This document shows, in pieces, positions 41,242 through 52,090 of a stretch of 61,161 nucleotides of DNA (within the stretch, counting starts at the first letter, position 1; each line of letters begins with the position of its first letter). The stretch is from Candidatus Bathyarchaeota archaeon (GTDB lineage: Archaea > Thermoproteota > Bathyarchaeia > Bathyarchaeales > Bathycorpusculaceae). The stretch spans positions 1 through 61,161 of the forward strand of contig CAVZPM010000013.1 in assembly GCA_963777155.1 (NCBI GenBank), in the 5' to 3' direction. A model generated the notes under the pieces. That model saw only the letters and a program-made list of their open reading frames with translations, ran no database searches and was not told the origin of the DNA. A program made the position numbers and the translations under genes.

Positions 41242-42717
41242 GTGAGCAGCAGATGTGAAGTATTAGTGATAGGAGCTGGCGTCATTGGCTGCGCCATCGC
41301 AAGAGAACTAGCAAAATTCAAAATCGAAACAGTGCTGGTGGAGAAGGAAACCGACGTCGGTTCTGGGGTTAGCAAAGGCAACAGTGGAGTCCTTCACACA
41401 GGTCTTTACTATCCGAGAGGAAGCTTGAAGGCTAAACTGTGTGTTGAAGGGCGACTGATGTTTCCAGAGTTGGCGAAGCAACTTGATGTACCCTGCAAAC
41501 TCTGCGGAAAACATGTAATTGCCCGAACAGAAGAGGAACTCGAAGACTTGGAAAGCTTAAAAGCCGTGGGGGAAGGAAATGGAGTTAAAGGATTAAACAT
41601 AATCTCTGGAGAAGAACTGAAAAAGCGAGAACCCCACTTGGATGCCCTCTATGCGTTATATTCTCCTGTGGCTGGAATCGTTCCCCCTTATCTTTTCACG
41701 ATTGCCTTAGCTGAGAATGCCTTAAACAACGGTGTGAAAGTTCACGTCAACACCCAAGTGTCCGCGATAAAACAAGTAAACAGCGGTTACAAAGTAACAA
41801 CAAATCAGGGAGTCTTCCACGCAGACATCGTTGTGAATAGTGCAGGTCTCTTCGCAGACAAAATCTCCGCTATGATAGGCATTGATAATTACAAACTCTA
41901 TCCCTGCCGTGGCGAATATCTCATCCTTGACAAGAATTGCCGTGACCTAATCAACAGTATGGTCTATCCAGTGCCGCCAAAAATCGCAGGAGTCTTGGGT
42001 GTTCATCTCACGCCCACATTGGATGGAAACATATTGATTGGACCTAGTGAAGAATTCATCAACGAGCGAGAAGACACAAGAACAACCAAAGAAAAGATTC
42101 GGCAACTAATTGAGGGGGCGAAGAGTCTACTTCCGTCCATCCCCCTAAACCAAGTTATCTACGGTTTTTCTGCAGTGAGGTCTAAGATTACTCCGCCAGA
42201 AGAGAAAGGGTCTCGTGACTTCATTATCCAAGAAGACGTTGAAAACTTCATCAACATGATAGGAATGGAGTCCCCTGGTCTCACGTCCTCTCCTGCCATC
42301 GCAAGATTGGTTGTTCAAATGATTAAAGAGAAAATGGATTTGAAAGAAAAAACAGATTTTAATCCTATCCGTAGAAGAATAACTCCTTTTAGTGAAGCAT
42401 CAAGAACAGAGCAAACTTCTTTGATTAAAGTAAACCCCGCATACGGCGAAATCGTCTGTAGGTGTGAACATGTATCCAAACTGGAAGTCTTAGACGCGTT
42501 AAACAACCCAATTTCAGAGAAAACAATTTCCGCCGTGAAATACCGTACCCGAGCAGGTATGGGTAGATGCCAAGGGGGCTTCTGCTTACCAAAAATTGTG
42601 GAAATTCTAAAAGAGGAATATGGGCTGTCCCCTGAAGAGATTAAGTTGAAGAATCTAGATTCGCCTATGTTCATAGGTGAAACCAAAGACCTTAGGGAGA
42701 GTAAAAAAAGTGAGTGA
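41242..42717 (+). CDS. FAD-dependent oxidoreductase with BFD-like [2Fe-2S] domain (GlpA/LhgO-like, putative glycerol-3-phosphate dehydrogenase)
   Basis: IGAGVIG, SKGNSGVLH, ESPGLTSSPA, VCRCE and GMGRCQGGFC motifs. Confidence 0.9.
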   Translation: MSSRCEVLVIGAGVIGCAIARELAKFKIETVLVEKETDVGSGVSKGNSGVLHTGLYYPRGSLKAKLCVEGRLMFPELAKQLDVPCKLCGKHVIARTEEELEDLESLKAVGEGNGVKGLNIISGEELKKREPHLDALYALYSPVAGIVPPYLFTIALAENALNNGVKVHVNTQVSAIKQVNSGYKVTTNQGVFHADIVVNSAGLFADKISAMIGIDNYKLYPCRGEYLILDKNCRDLINSMVYPVPPKIAGVLGVHLTPTLDGNILIGPSEEFINEREDTRTTKEKIRQLIEGAKSLLPSIPLNQVIYGFSAVRSKITPPEEKGSRDFIIQEDVENFINMIGMESPGLTSSPAIARLVVQMIKEKMDLKEKTDFNPIRRRITPFSEASRTEQTSLIKVNPAYGEIVCRCEHVSKLEVLDALNNPISEKTISAVKYRTRAGMGRCQGGFCLPKIVEILKEEYGLSPEEIKLKNLDSPMFIGETKDLRESKKSE

Positions 42718-43964
42718 GTTACCGTCTCAAGATGTTGATTTGGTTGTGATAGGTGCTGGTCCAGCAGGGCTAGCTGCAGCCATCAGTGCAAGGAAAAATG
42801 GCCTTCAAAACTTGGTTATCATAGAAAGGAACGGTTGGCTCGGTGGCATCCTTCCTCAGTGTATACATGATGGTTTCGGTCTTGAACTCTTTAAAGAACA
42901 AATGACTGGTCCGGAATACGCTCAAAGATACGTCGATGAACTAAAGAGATTAAAAATCCCGTATATGCTTGACAGCATGGTGCTTGAGGTCACGCCTGAA
43001 AAAAAGGTGTTCGTTGCTAGTCCTAAGGGTCTGTTTTGTTTTGGCGCCAAAGCCATAGTTCTTGCTATGGGGTGTCGTGAGCGAACCCGTGGACAGATTT
43101 GCATTCCAGGAACAAGACCTGCTGGAGTGTATACTGCTGGTGTAGCCCAGAATCTCATCAACTTGAAGAATGTGATGGTTGGCAAAGACGTTGTTATTCT
43201 CGGTTCGGGGGACGTAGGTTTGATTATGGCTCGTCGGCTTACTCTAGAAGGCGCTAAAGTCCACGCCGTAGTTGAGATTCTTCCTCACACCAATGGTCTG
43301 CCGCGAAACATTCAGCAGTGCCTAATTGACTATGACATTCCTCTTCTTCTCTCACACACCGTCACCGAAATCCATGGGCAGAATAGGGTTGAAGCAGTCA
43401 CAATCTCTCCCGTAGACAAGGATTTGAAGCCAATCAAAGGAAAAGAACAAAAGATTACTTGTGACACTCTACTTCTCTCTATAGGCTTGATTCCAGAAAA
43501 TGACCTATCAAAAAATTGTGGTGTTAAACTCAGTCAAGTTACTGGAGGAGCCATCGTCGACGAAAATCTTGAAACTTCTGTTTCTGGAGTTTTTGCGTGT
43601 GGGAACGCCCTCCATGTTCATGATATAGTGGATTTTGTTACTCTTGAAGCGGAGAAGGCGGGAAAAAGCGCGGCAGAATACGTTCTTGGAAAGATTCGAA
43701 AGGTGGAAAGAATCCCTGTAGAGGCAGGTAATAAAATCCGATATGTTTTACCCCAAAGCATCTGCCGTGGCACTGACCTCGAGTTGTCGATTCGTGTGAC
43801 CGACCCCGAAGAAGATGTGGATGTTGGATTATTTGATGGAGAAACGCTGGATAAAGACAAAAAAGTTTCGTAAGGTTCATCCTGCTCAGATGATCAAGAT
43901 AAAACTGAAGGGAAGCGAAACAAGCGCTATTAACTCACTAAAAGTTGAGGTTTTAAGGAAATGA
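42710..43964 (+). CDS. NAD(P)/FAD-dependent oxidoreductase, frameshift near 43860
   Basis: GAGPAG, GGILPQCIHDGFG, GCRER, ILGSGDVG and CGNALHVHD motifs; shifted tail KFRKVHPAQMIKI...VLRK ends overlapping the next ATG. Confidence 0.9.
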
Positions 43965-44329
43965 AGAAGGAAATGATCTGTATCGGCTGTCCTATGGGCT
44001 GTTATCTCAGTGTTGATTATGTCGGGACAACAATAGGTGACGTTAGCGGAAACCGATGCAAAGTTGGGCTGGAATACGCGGAAAAAGAGATTTCCAATCC
44101 TGAACGAACCCTGACAACCACTGTGAAAGTTAAACACGGTCATCTTCCTTTAGTTAGTGTGAGAACAGACAAACCAATACCTAAAAGCAGAATCTTAGAC
44201 GCTATGAATTTGCTGGCAAAAGTTGAAGTAGAAGCACCCATCAAAATCGGAGAACCGATCATCCAAAACATCTTCAATACAGGAGTTAACATAGTAGCTA
44301 CAAAAAACATCTCAAAAAAGAATAGATGA
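43961..44329 (+). CDS. DUF1667 CxxC protein
   Basis: ICIGCPMGC, GNRC and PERTLTTTV motifs; usual third gene of this cluster. Confidence 0.9.
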   Translation: MKKEMICIGCPMGCYLSVDYVGTTIGDVSGNRCKVGLEYAEKEISNPERTLTTTVKVKHGHLPLVSVRTDKPIPKSRILDAMNLLAKVEVEAPIKIGEPIIQNIFNTGVNIVATKNISKKNR

Positions 44330-44548
44330 CGTAAGTTGGTAACTAATTAAAGTAATCGTCTGCTTGGTTTTCATATCGAGAATGTTTCTGATACCTATTT
44401 TTCTGTTTCTTCTCCGTGTTACAGTAAATGTGTTGTATAGAGGTTGTGCTTTTTGTATTCTTGACGTACAGTTTGTCGTACAAGATCAAAACTGCAATAA
44501 TGTTTATTAAGTCTTAATATTCATTTCATTGCTTGTTAGGGAGCAAGA

Positions 44549-45001
44549 ATGGCATCACATAAAGCACAAACGATGTTCATAATAGTTTTAACCATATTTG
44601 CGTTTTCTTTGGCAGCAAGCACACTGGCAGTTCTAACAGTCAACCAAAACATAGGCTCCTCCGGAACTGTAACAACTTCCCCAAACATATCCGTATACTC
44701 AAACAGCGCCTGCACAACCAACATGACGACAATATCATGGGGATCAATAACAGCAGGAGGCAGCACAACTCAAACGATCTATGTAAAAAATACAGGCACA
44801 GGAACCTTAACACTCGGTTTATCGACAACGAGTTGGACCCCAGCACAAGCAAGTTCTTACATAACAGTGAGCTGGGATAAACAGGGCACTCAACTTTCAG
44901 CCGGTCAATCGACCCAAGCAACAGTAACAATAACCGTTTCCCCAAGCATAACTAACATAACAAATTTCAGCAACACCATTTCTATTTCAGCAACAAGCTA
45001 A
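44549..45001 (+). CDS. Small secreted Thr/Ser-rich beta protein (possible pilin or fibre subunit)
   Basis: MASHKAQ followed by a hydrophobic stretch; VYSNSAC, ISWG and IYVKNTG; no C-terminal anchor. Confidence 0.7.
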   Translation: MASHKAQTMFIIVLTIFAFSLAASTLAVLTVNQNIGSSGTVTTSPNISVYSNSACTTNMTTISWGSITAGGSTTQTIYVKNTGTGTLTLGLSTTSWTPAQASSYITVSWDKQGTQLSAGQSTQATVTITVSPSITNITNFSNTISISATS

Positions 45002-45153
45002 AAGGTAATTTTTAATCGTTAATCGGATTCACTATTATCTTTGGAAAGATATTTCTTCAATGACTAAAAGTATGAAGGAAACTCATACAACGATGGCACC
45101 CTGTCAGTTCTTGAAATTATTATTCAAGCGGGTTTAGCGTTGAGATTTAGAGG

Positions 45154-45351
45154 TTATATGAAGCGCAATATTATGGTAACTATGAAGGCAAGTCCACATC
45201 CGATGGCGGCAAATCTCATTCGTATTTTGTTGATAAGGATTCTGTTTGAATATTCTTGTGATAAGGTAAGAAGTTCAGAGGTAATAAGAAGTATTATTGC
45301 TGTGGCACCTATCCATAGGCTGATGTCTGTAAGTGTTAGAGGGATATTCAT
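45154..45351 (-). CDS. Small two-TM membrane protein
   Basis: MNIPLTLTDISLW...; paralog of 54053..54271. Confidence 0.7.
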   Translation of the reverse strand: MNIPLTLTDISLWIGATAIILLITSELLTLSQEYSNRILINKIRMRFAAIGCGLAFIVTIILRFI

Positions 45352-45356
45352 GTCAA

Positions 45357-46825
45357 TCACAACTGTTTTTTTCTCATGGACCAAGAATAAAGTGAGCTCA
45401 TTTGCTGCAATTGTTCCTTGAAAATTTCTCTGCTATTATCAATAACGCTTTCTAAATCATTCTCAGGAATTAATTTATCTATGCTGGCTTTAAGTTCCTC
45501 AATGTTGACTTTAAAGTCAGTGTTATTTGCCAAGATTTGTAAAACACTTTCTAGTTGATGCTTCTCTTTCTTGTTTTCTTTATCTCCAACAATTTTGCCA
45601 AGCAAAAGGTCATTTAATGTATAATATGATAAAATTATGGCCTTTGCACTCAAGAAATTAGGAACACTCTCTTTAAGGTCATCATCAAGGTTTAAGCTGT
45701 CAAAATAGCTGTAAATCACATTTAGGATGTTGTTGGCTTCTTTTGAAGTTTCTTTCGGAATCTGACTTTTTATGGCTGATAAGATTTTTAGGAAGTTCAG
45801 GTTTAGCGAGGGCAAAGATTGTCCTATGAAACTAAAGTTCTCCCCCAAATCTTTAGAGTAATCTTCTAACCGTTGCCAATTAATTCGTTTCTTCTGCAGA
45901 CCAATCAGAATATCAAACGACAAATCAACGATACCTATTGAAGCATTAATTACTTCTAATAGTTCATTTCTTCTCAATAAGATTTTCTCGTTGTCCTCGA
46001 TCAATTTCTGTCGTTTCTCAAATGTCCTGTTAATGATTTTGAAGGTTGCAGTTATTGTGTTGCCGTTTGGGGTGGTTTTTATTTCTTGTATCATTGTGGG
46101 TTTGCCTGCGGATTTTGCAATAGCGCAGGCTGCTGTGTTGACCAGTGGACAGCCGAGTAGGTATAATGCTTTTGAGGTTATATTTTTGACTATAGAGGTT
46201 TTTATAAAGTGAATCATTAATTTGTAGGATTACCTCGTTTTCGTTTATGGTAATGTCAATTTTTTTGGCTAAATAAAGCTCATCTGAGAAAGTTTAGCAG
46301 CGCTCCATCAACTTCGCTGAGAGGGATTTTGGTAAAGTCAATCTTGTGTTTTTGCTCGATTTTGTCCAATAAGCCTACACCGGGGGATGCTATGAGAAGA
46401 CCTTTTGGTTTTTCAATTAAGAATTCACCTCTTGCTATGTCTTCGATTTCTGCTATTCCGTCAGTGTGTTCTGCTGGGATGAATGTGACCATTTCTTTAA
46501 GACCTTCTAGATGTTCAGGCAAGTAAATATCTCTTGGACATGGTGGGATGTTGTATGCTTCATTTTTTGGGATGAGATATTTGAGCATTCTATCTATTGT
46601 CATGTAATCAGGTAAAGATGAGGTTATCAAGAAACTTGCTTCAACATGTTTTGGGGGTGGTATTAGCAAGAAAAGTGCACCCCAGAAAATCAAGCCTAAT
46701 CCAATGATCGAAATTATTTGTGAGCCCAAAAAAACTGATAGGACGAACAGAGTGATTCCTGAAACTATAAAAATAACTGCAATTAGGAATGAATCGAGTT
46801 TTGGTTTTTTGGGGTTTATTTGCAT
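45357..46825 (-). CDS. Membrane protein with V4R-like domain fused to a helical domain; two frameshifts near 46285 and 46165
   Basis: Bridging frame DELYLAKKIDITINENEVILQINDSLYKNLY links the two ORFs; GCPLVNTAACAIAK; N-half aligns with 54274..55062, C-half with 31236..31900. Confidence 0.65.
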
Positions 46826-47476
46826 TCTCGTTATTCGCCGTTTGAATTTAATATTAGCTTTGTTCAAGATATTCTTTAAATGCGTAGAAATATAAACTAT
46901 GAGTGTCAAGCGCGGGCTTATACCTAGTTCTGGAGAGAGGAGCGACTTAAAACCTTAAAGAAAAGGAGAAGCCATCTTACTCGATTTGCTTTGATATCTT
47001 TGGTGAGACATTGTACAATTTCATATCGGTCCTTAAAAATAAGGAAAATTTTAGGGCGTACTAGAAGATTTGATGCGAAGAGAGAATATCAAATTCGTAA
47101 TATCGCATATATTGAGAGAAATTTAAGGGTTATTATAGTACCAAAAAAAGCAGGTTTTCCTGAGAAAGGGATGTTTGGAGCAACAATAAACAAAGTTGCA
47201 TGGTTAGCGGTAAATTAGATCAGACACTTCATTACGGAAGTTTCCTTGTCAGAAAGCGTGCAGTAACTAGTATCTACTCAAGATAGTCTATTTCCTGACT
47301 TATTCTCTACACGAAATAATCGATTAAAAGATGGTTTGGCTGCTACCTGTTGTCAGTTAGAAGTGGATCCACAAACAAAAGTTCCCAAGGTCAAGTTCTG
47401 GATTAGGTTGCAGGTAAAATCAGGAGAATTTGAATTTGGACCTTATAGCTATGAGACTTTGAAAGGACAGCTCAAC

Positions 47477-49792
47477 ATGGAAACGAAAAGTATTAAAAAA
47501 AAAGTTGCATACAGCCTGATAATTATCGTCTTGGCCGGTACAATATGTATTTCTAATTTTGCATGTGCAGATGTTACTGACATTTTCAATGGATTTACGA
47601 GCTACCCGGGCAATCCTGTTATTCCAACAAGCCAGGTTGGAGGATGGAACGCGAGGATTTACGAAATAGGCAACATTCTTTACGAACCTTCAGATATAGG
47701 CAAGGAGTATAAAACATGGTACACTGCCACTAACAATACTAATGACGATGGTTACACCAATCTTGTGATTGGGTATGCTTACAGTTCTGATGGCATTAGT
47801 TGGACTCAAAGACCCTGCGTTTTAAATAATGTGCCATCTAGCAGGACGTTTGAAGACCCCTACATAGTCAAGATTAACTCGATATATTATATGTACGCCG
47901 AGTTGAAATCTCCTGGCGGAAATCAAGAAGGTATCTCTCGTTTATCCTCTTCAAATGGTTTAACATGGGTTTACGAGCAAAGCGTGCTTGAAGAACAGGG
48001 GTCTGGTTGGGAAAGTACTTACGTTGCCTCACCCGTTGTATGGAAAGATGGAACAACTTGGCATATGCTCTACGAAGGAGCCACTGATTACTATTCAGGC
48101 AAAATCGGTAAATGCGAATCAACAAACGGCTTAACATGGTCTAACCGTAGAGTGGTTTTCGATAAAGGTCCAAGTGGAGCGTGGGATGGTGTTGCCATTG
48201 TTTCTGATGATGTGTATTTTGACGGTTCAACATACTACTTCACTTATCATGGTTCTGACGGTTCACTTTGGAAACATGGTTATGCGTATACTTCAGATTT
48301 TATTTCTTGGGTAAGGTACGGTGGTAACCCAATTTCGACAGAAACAAGTGTTATGTTTGCCTTTTTTGGAGTAACACGTAATTTTTATAGCTATGATTAT
48401 TTAGATGACGCACGTGGAATTTACCTTTTTAATACCACTCCTTTGCTAACTGCAGTAAGTATCAATCCTGTCTCAGTGAACAAGACAATTGGAGCCACAC
48501 AGCAATTCACCTCGACAGTAACAGGTGGACTCTTACCCTACACCTATCGATGGTACTATGTCAACAATACAGCTATAGCTGGAGCCACAACCTCAACTTT
48601 AAGTTACAAAGCAAACTTCACTGGAACCTACAGTATCTATCTTAACGTCACAGATAGCCTTAACTACAGAGTAAAATCCAATACAGCCACCATCAATGTG
48701 TATTCGCAACCAACAGTAACCATCAATCCAGCCTCAGCTAACATGACAATTGGAAACACACAACAATTCACCTCTATTACAAATGGCGGACTTGTACCTT
48801 ACGCTTACCAATGGTACTTCAGCAACGGAACCTCCATAATAGGAGCTACAGCCTCAATCTTAAGCTACAAAGCAAACTATACGGGAGCCTATAGCATCTA
48901 CCTAAACGTCACAGACAACCTCAGCTACAAAGCAAAATCCAACACAGCCACCCTCAACGTGTACTCACAACCTTCAGTTACAATTAATCCAACTTCAGTA
49001 AGCATGACTGTTGGAAACACGCAACAATTCAACTCTATTACAACAGGTGGACTTGCACCTTATACTTACCAATGGTACTACGCTAACAACACAGCAATCG
49101 CAGGAGCCACATCTTCAACATTAAACTATAAAGCAAACTTCACTGGAACCTACAATATCTATCTTAACATAACTGATAGCCTCAACTATAAAGCAAAATC
49201 CAACACAGCCACCCTCAACGTGTACTCACAACCAGCAGCTTTGATCACTCCAACTTCATCAATTCTGTATTATGGTCAGTCCCAAACATTTAACGCATCC
49301 ACCACAGGAGGCGTAGCACCCTACAACTACCAATGGTACATCAACAACACCGCAGTTCCACAAGCTACAAATCCAGACTGGACATTTACTCCCAGAGCAA
49401 ATGGTAATTACCGAATCCACCTCAACGTTACCGACAGCTTAGGCAGCGAGGTAAAATCCAATATCGCCAGTGACATCAATGTCTACTCAGTCTACCTAAT
49501 GATCGATCCACAAGCAAGCTACTCTTCAGGTGAGCAAATAAACTTGAAAGTAACCGTTTTAAATCAGCAGAACCCCAAACTAGAAACATCTTTAGCTTTG
49601 ACAATTACCGTGACTGGACCTAGTGGTTACAGTTTCTATGATTTTCAACCGATTAATGTTACGGCAAACAGCGTTGGGGAGTACAGTTTTACATGGAACA
49701 CACCAAATATTCCCGGAACCTACGTTGTTGAAACTGGAATAGCGCCATCATCATTAACTGCCTATGATGTGAAATGGGTGAATTTAACCTAA
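47477..49792 (+). CDS. Secreted five-bladed beta-propeller glycoside hydrolase-like protein (GH32/43/130 clan-like) with PKD/Ig repeats
   Basis: Signal peptide from METKSIKKK; YPGNPVI, AYSSDGISW, FEDPYIV, SSNGLTW and TSDFISW repeats; four Ig repeats. Confidence 0.8.
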   Translation: METKSIKKKVAYSLIIIVLAGTICISNFACADVTDIFNGFTSYPGNPVIPTSQVGGWNARIYEIGNILYEPSDIGKEYKTWYTATNNTNDDGYTNLVIGYAYSSDGISWTQRPCVLNNVPSSRTFEDPYIVKINSIYYMYAELKSPGGNQEGISRLSSSNGLTWVYEQSVLEEQGSGWESTYVASPVVWKDGTTWHMLYEGATDYYSGKIGKCESTNGLTWSNRRVVFDKGPSGAWDGVAIVSDDVYFDGSTYYFTYHGSDGSLWKHGYAYTSDFISWVRYGGNPISTETSVMFAFFGVTRNFYSYDYLDDARGIYLFNTTPLLTAVSINPVSVNKTIGATQQFTSTVTGGLLPYTYRWYYVNNTAIAGATTSTLSYKANFTGTYSIYLNVTDSLNYRVKSNTATINVYSQPTVTINPASANMTIGNTQQFTSITNGGLVPYAYQWYFSNGTSIIGATASILSYKANYTGAYSIYLNVTDNLSYKAKSNTATLNVYSQPSVTINPTSVSMTVGNTQQFNSITTGGLAPYTYQWYYANNTAIAGATSSTLNYKANFTGTYNIYLNITDSLNYKAKSNTATLNVYSQPAALITPTSSILYYGQSQTFNASTTGGVAPYNYQWYINNTAVPQATNPDWTFTPRANGNYRIHLNVTDSLGSEVKSNIASDINVYSVYLMIDPQASYSSGEQINLKVTVLNQQNPKLETSLALTITVTGPSGYSFYDFQPINVTANSVGEYSFTWNTPNIPGTYVVETGIAPSSLTAYDVKWVNLT
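48454..49480 (+). repeat. Four imperfect ~261-bp intragenic repeats (PKD/Ig-like domains)
   Basis: V(S/T)INP...QQF...GG..PY.Y.WY...LNVTD...KSN recurring every 87 aa. Confidence 0.85.
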
Positions 49793-50125
49793 GTGAATAA
49801 AAATGAAGCCCGAGGTTTCTGGGTAGATCTACCAACTGAAATCAAACATTAACTCGAGTGTAGTACAAAGTCTAATGACCAAAACAACCCCACCAACGTT
49901 AGCGTTGATGTGGTGCTGATAATTCTCCTTTTTCTATGTGAGTTTTTGGGTTTTCCTAAAGCAGGTTTTCTTTGAATCCGCCACTTGGTGGAGATGTTAC
50001 CCGCAAAATCTCCTTTTTTCATAGTCGAAAATTCGTTCAAGGAGTGCCTTCTGGAAGGGGCTATTGCTCCGCAGCGAGCGAGGTGAATTTGAAGTAAGCA
50101 AAACTCATAAATCAAATCACCTTAG

Positions 50126-51217
50126 TTGAAGCTGGTGGATGAATTCAAGAAACTGGTTTTGAGTGCGGCACTAATTATCATCGTTGCAATTAGTGTTAGC
50201 GCCATTTTCGTACTTCCAAAAAGTTTAGACCCTCAAAACGCAACATTTGATGAATTTCTGATAGGAACAGGCGCAGACGCATGGAGTAATTTGCAAGACC
50301 TTAACAGCGATTATTCGTTAAGCATGAATTTAGCAACATCATGGATAAGTAGTCATGATGACCTTTACGGCTGGTGGTCTAGTTATTATTTGCCCGGATC
50401 TCTGTGGAATCAGAGCCTTGTTCCACATCTGATTACATACCAATATTTTACAGGCACATGGAATGTTGATTATTCACCAGCCAGCCTCGGTTTGCACAGG
50501 CAAGAATGGCTTGATGACCTCAGGTTTTTGGCAAATCATCTGAAAGCTCCAAATGATGGTCGCCATACAGCCTTGATTTCGTTGGAAACTGAATTTAACG
50601 ACCCATCTGCTTACGAAAACCTTGATTATACATATTGGAATCAGTTGATGATTGACTCTAGGAATGCAATAAAAGAAGTTGCACCCAATGTTTTAGTAAG
50701 CTATTGCATTGGCAGTTGGGAACCACGTTATAATGATGACATCAGTATGAACGGAGCTTTGAGCTCTAGTATGGAGAGTATGGATTTTATGAGTTTTCAA
50801 GCTATGTGGAGTTTGAGAGGTGTGGAAGAAGGGAAATGGCTCAGTGGAGACGATTTGAAGACGAACTATGGAGATGTTAACTGGGTAGACAGATTCGGAG
50901 ACAAATCTCATGTTTGGGATTACATGATAGACGATATAGCTACTAATGTGAAGGCTTTGAGCAAATACAACCAACATATCCTGTTGGCGCATCTTTCCAT
51001 TGATGATTATCTCTGGGGTCACCAAGCTCAGGTTGATGTTGTTAACGACATTTCCCAAAGAGAGGCTTCCCTAAGGGAGATGGGTTTATTCGGTATTTCC
51101 TGGATGCATTACATTGACTACCATGGTGTCGGAGGCGATGGCTTTCTATTCTCAGAGGGTTCAGGTAAACCCTGTTTGTCACCTTGGAGAGAACTGATTA
51201 GCACAGTTAGGTCATAA
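50126..51217 (+). CDS. Membrane-anchored TIM-barrel glycoside hydrolase-like protein (GH26-like)
   Basis: N-terminal TM; LETEFND, IKEVAPNVLV and MDFMSFQ segments; Trp-rich. Confidence 0.6.
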   Translation: MKLVDEFKKLVLSAALIIIVAISVSAIFVLPKSLDPQNATFDEFLIGTGADAWSNLQDLNSDYSLSMNLATSWISSHDDLYGWWSSYYLPGSLWNQSLVPHLITYQYFTGTWNVDYSPASLGLHRQEWLDDLRFLANHLKAPNDGRHTALISLETEFNDPSAYENLDYTYWNQLMIDSRNAIKEVAPNVLVSYCIGSWEPRYNDDISMNGALSSSMESMDFMSFQAMWSLRGVEEGKWLSGDDLKTNYGDVNWVDRFGDKSHVWDYMIDDIATNVKALSKYNQHILLAHLSIDDYLWGHQAQVDVVNDISQREASLREMGLFGISWMHYIDYHGVGGDGFLFSEGSGKPCLSPWRELISTVRS

Positions 51218-51700
51218 AACGTAGCATTGAACTGGGACACAAGAGATGTCACTCACAAAATTCCTTTATTTTCTATTTGTGTGGGTGTGGCTTTGTGAGA
51301 ATTTACACCACACTTGAGTCTTTGGAAATGATTGTTTTTTGTTTGGGTTGTTTCTCTCTTGTATTTTGAGTGTGGGAAGAGGATTTGTTCCACACAGTCA
51401 ATATGGATACTATGTTGAGTTGTATGAGTGTGGTTGTATGTTAGCAGCTCTATTCCTGTATCATGTGCCTGTTTTTCTTTCCGCCGTACTTAACTGTGGT
51501 TTTATAAGTTCATTTAGTGAGCAAACAATCGGGTATCAAAGTGTGACTAATCTGTAGAAGATGAACTGTTCAACAGGAGGCGGACCTGAAGCCGAAAGTC
51601 GAAAGTAACGCAAATGTAAAGCAGATCGATGCTAAACTTCAGAAGACACCCTGAGTTGTGATAGTGAAATGTCAAAAGCTCAGGTTTGTAGTAATAGCGA

Positions 51701-51722
51701 TGGGTCGCGGGATTTGGACCCC
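51701..51722 (-). other. Degenerate tRNA 3'-end-like fragment (possible att-site relic)
   Basis: Reverse complement ggggtccaaatcccgcgaccca resembles a T-arm plus acceptor strand (GGGTTCAAATCCCGGCGACCC). Confidence 0.3.
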
Positions 51723-52090
51723 TATCAGAATTGAGATATTACCCGAAATCAGATAGTCTTGTCAGTTTACTATTCTAAAAAAAGTAGTGTAATTGTAAAT
51801 AGTAAGGAAAATGTTAGGAGTTTTCTTCTTAGTGTTTGCGTTTATCTAAATAAGCCAAATCCAACAAGACTTTAATTTATGAACCTGATGGCTTTGGGGT
51901 TGCTGTAGGCCTTGTGGTGAGAATTGCTGGCTCTCAGGTTTGATGCAGCTAAAAAGGGAGACCTACCTCAAATGTTAACATCTAACATGTTTGTGGTTAA
52001 TGCAGTAATCAGGACCTGTCTTGAAGTTCGGATAAAAAAAATAAGTCCAAGAATAAACGTTATAAAATCAGCGTTATTTTCAATGATCTG

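Noticed and set aside
479-43880. Numerous ORFs antisense to or nested in well-supported genes (e.g. 5693..6292, 8973..9482, 32586..33161, 34502..35128)
   Set aside because: Shadow ORFs with no motifs that overlap confident genes
46910-47476. ORF 46991..47218 and the N-terminal extension 47336..47476
   Set aside because: No recognisable motifs; the signal peptide of the hydrolase begins at ATG 47477
49800-50120. Short GC-richer inverted motifs (ccgccacttggtgg) as IS ends or ncRNA; ORF 49849..50115
   Set aside because: No transposase, partner repeat or convincing fold seen
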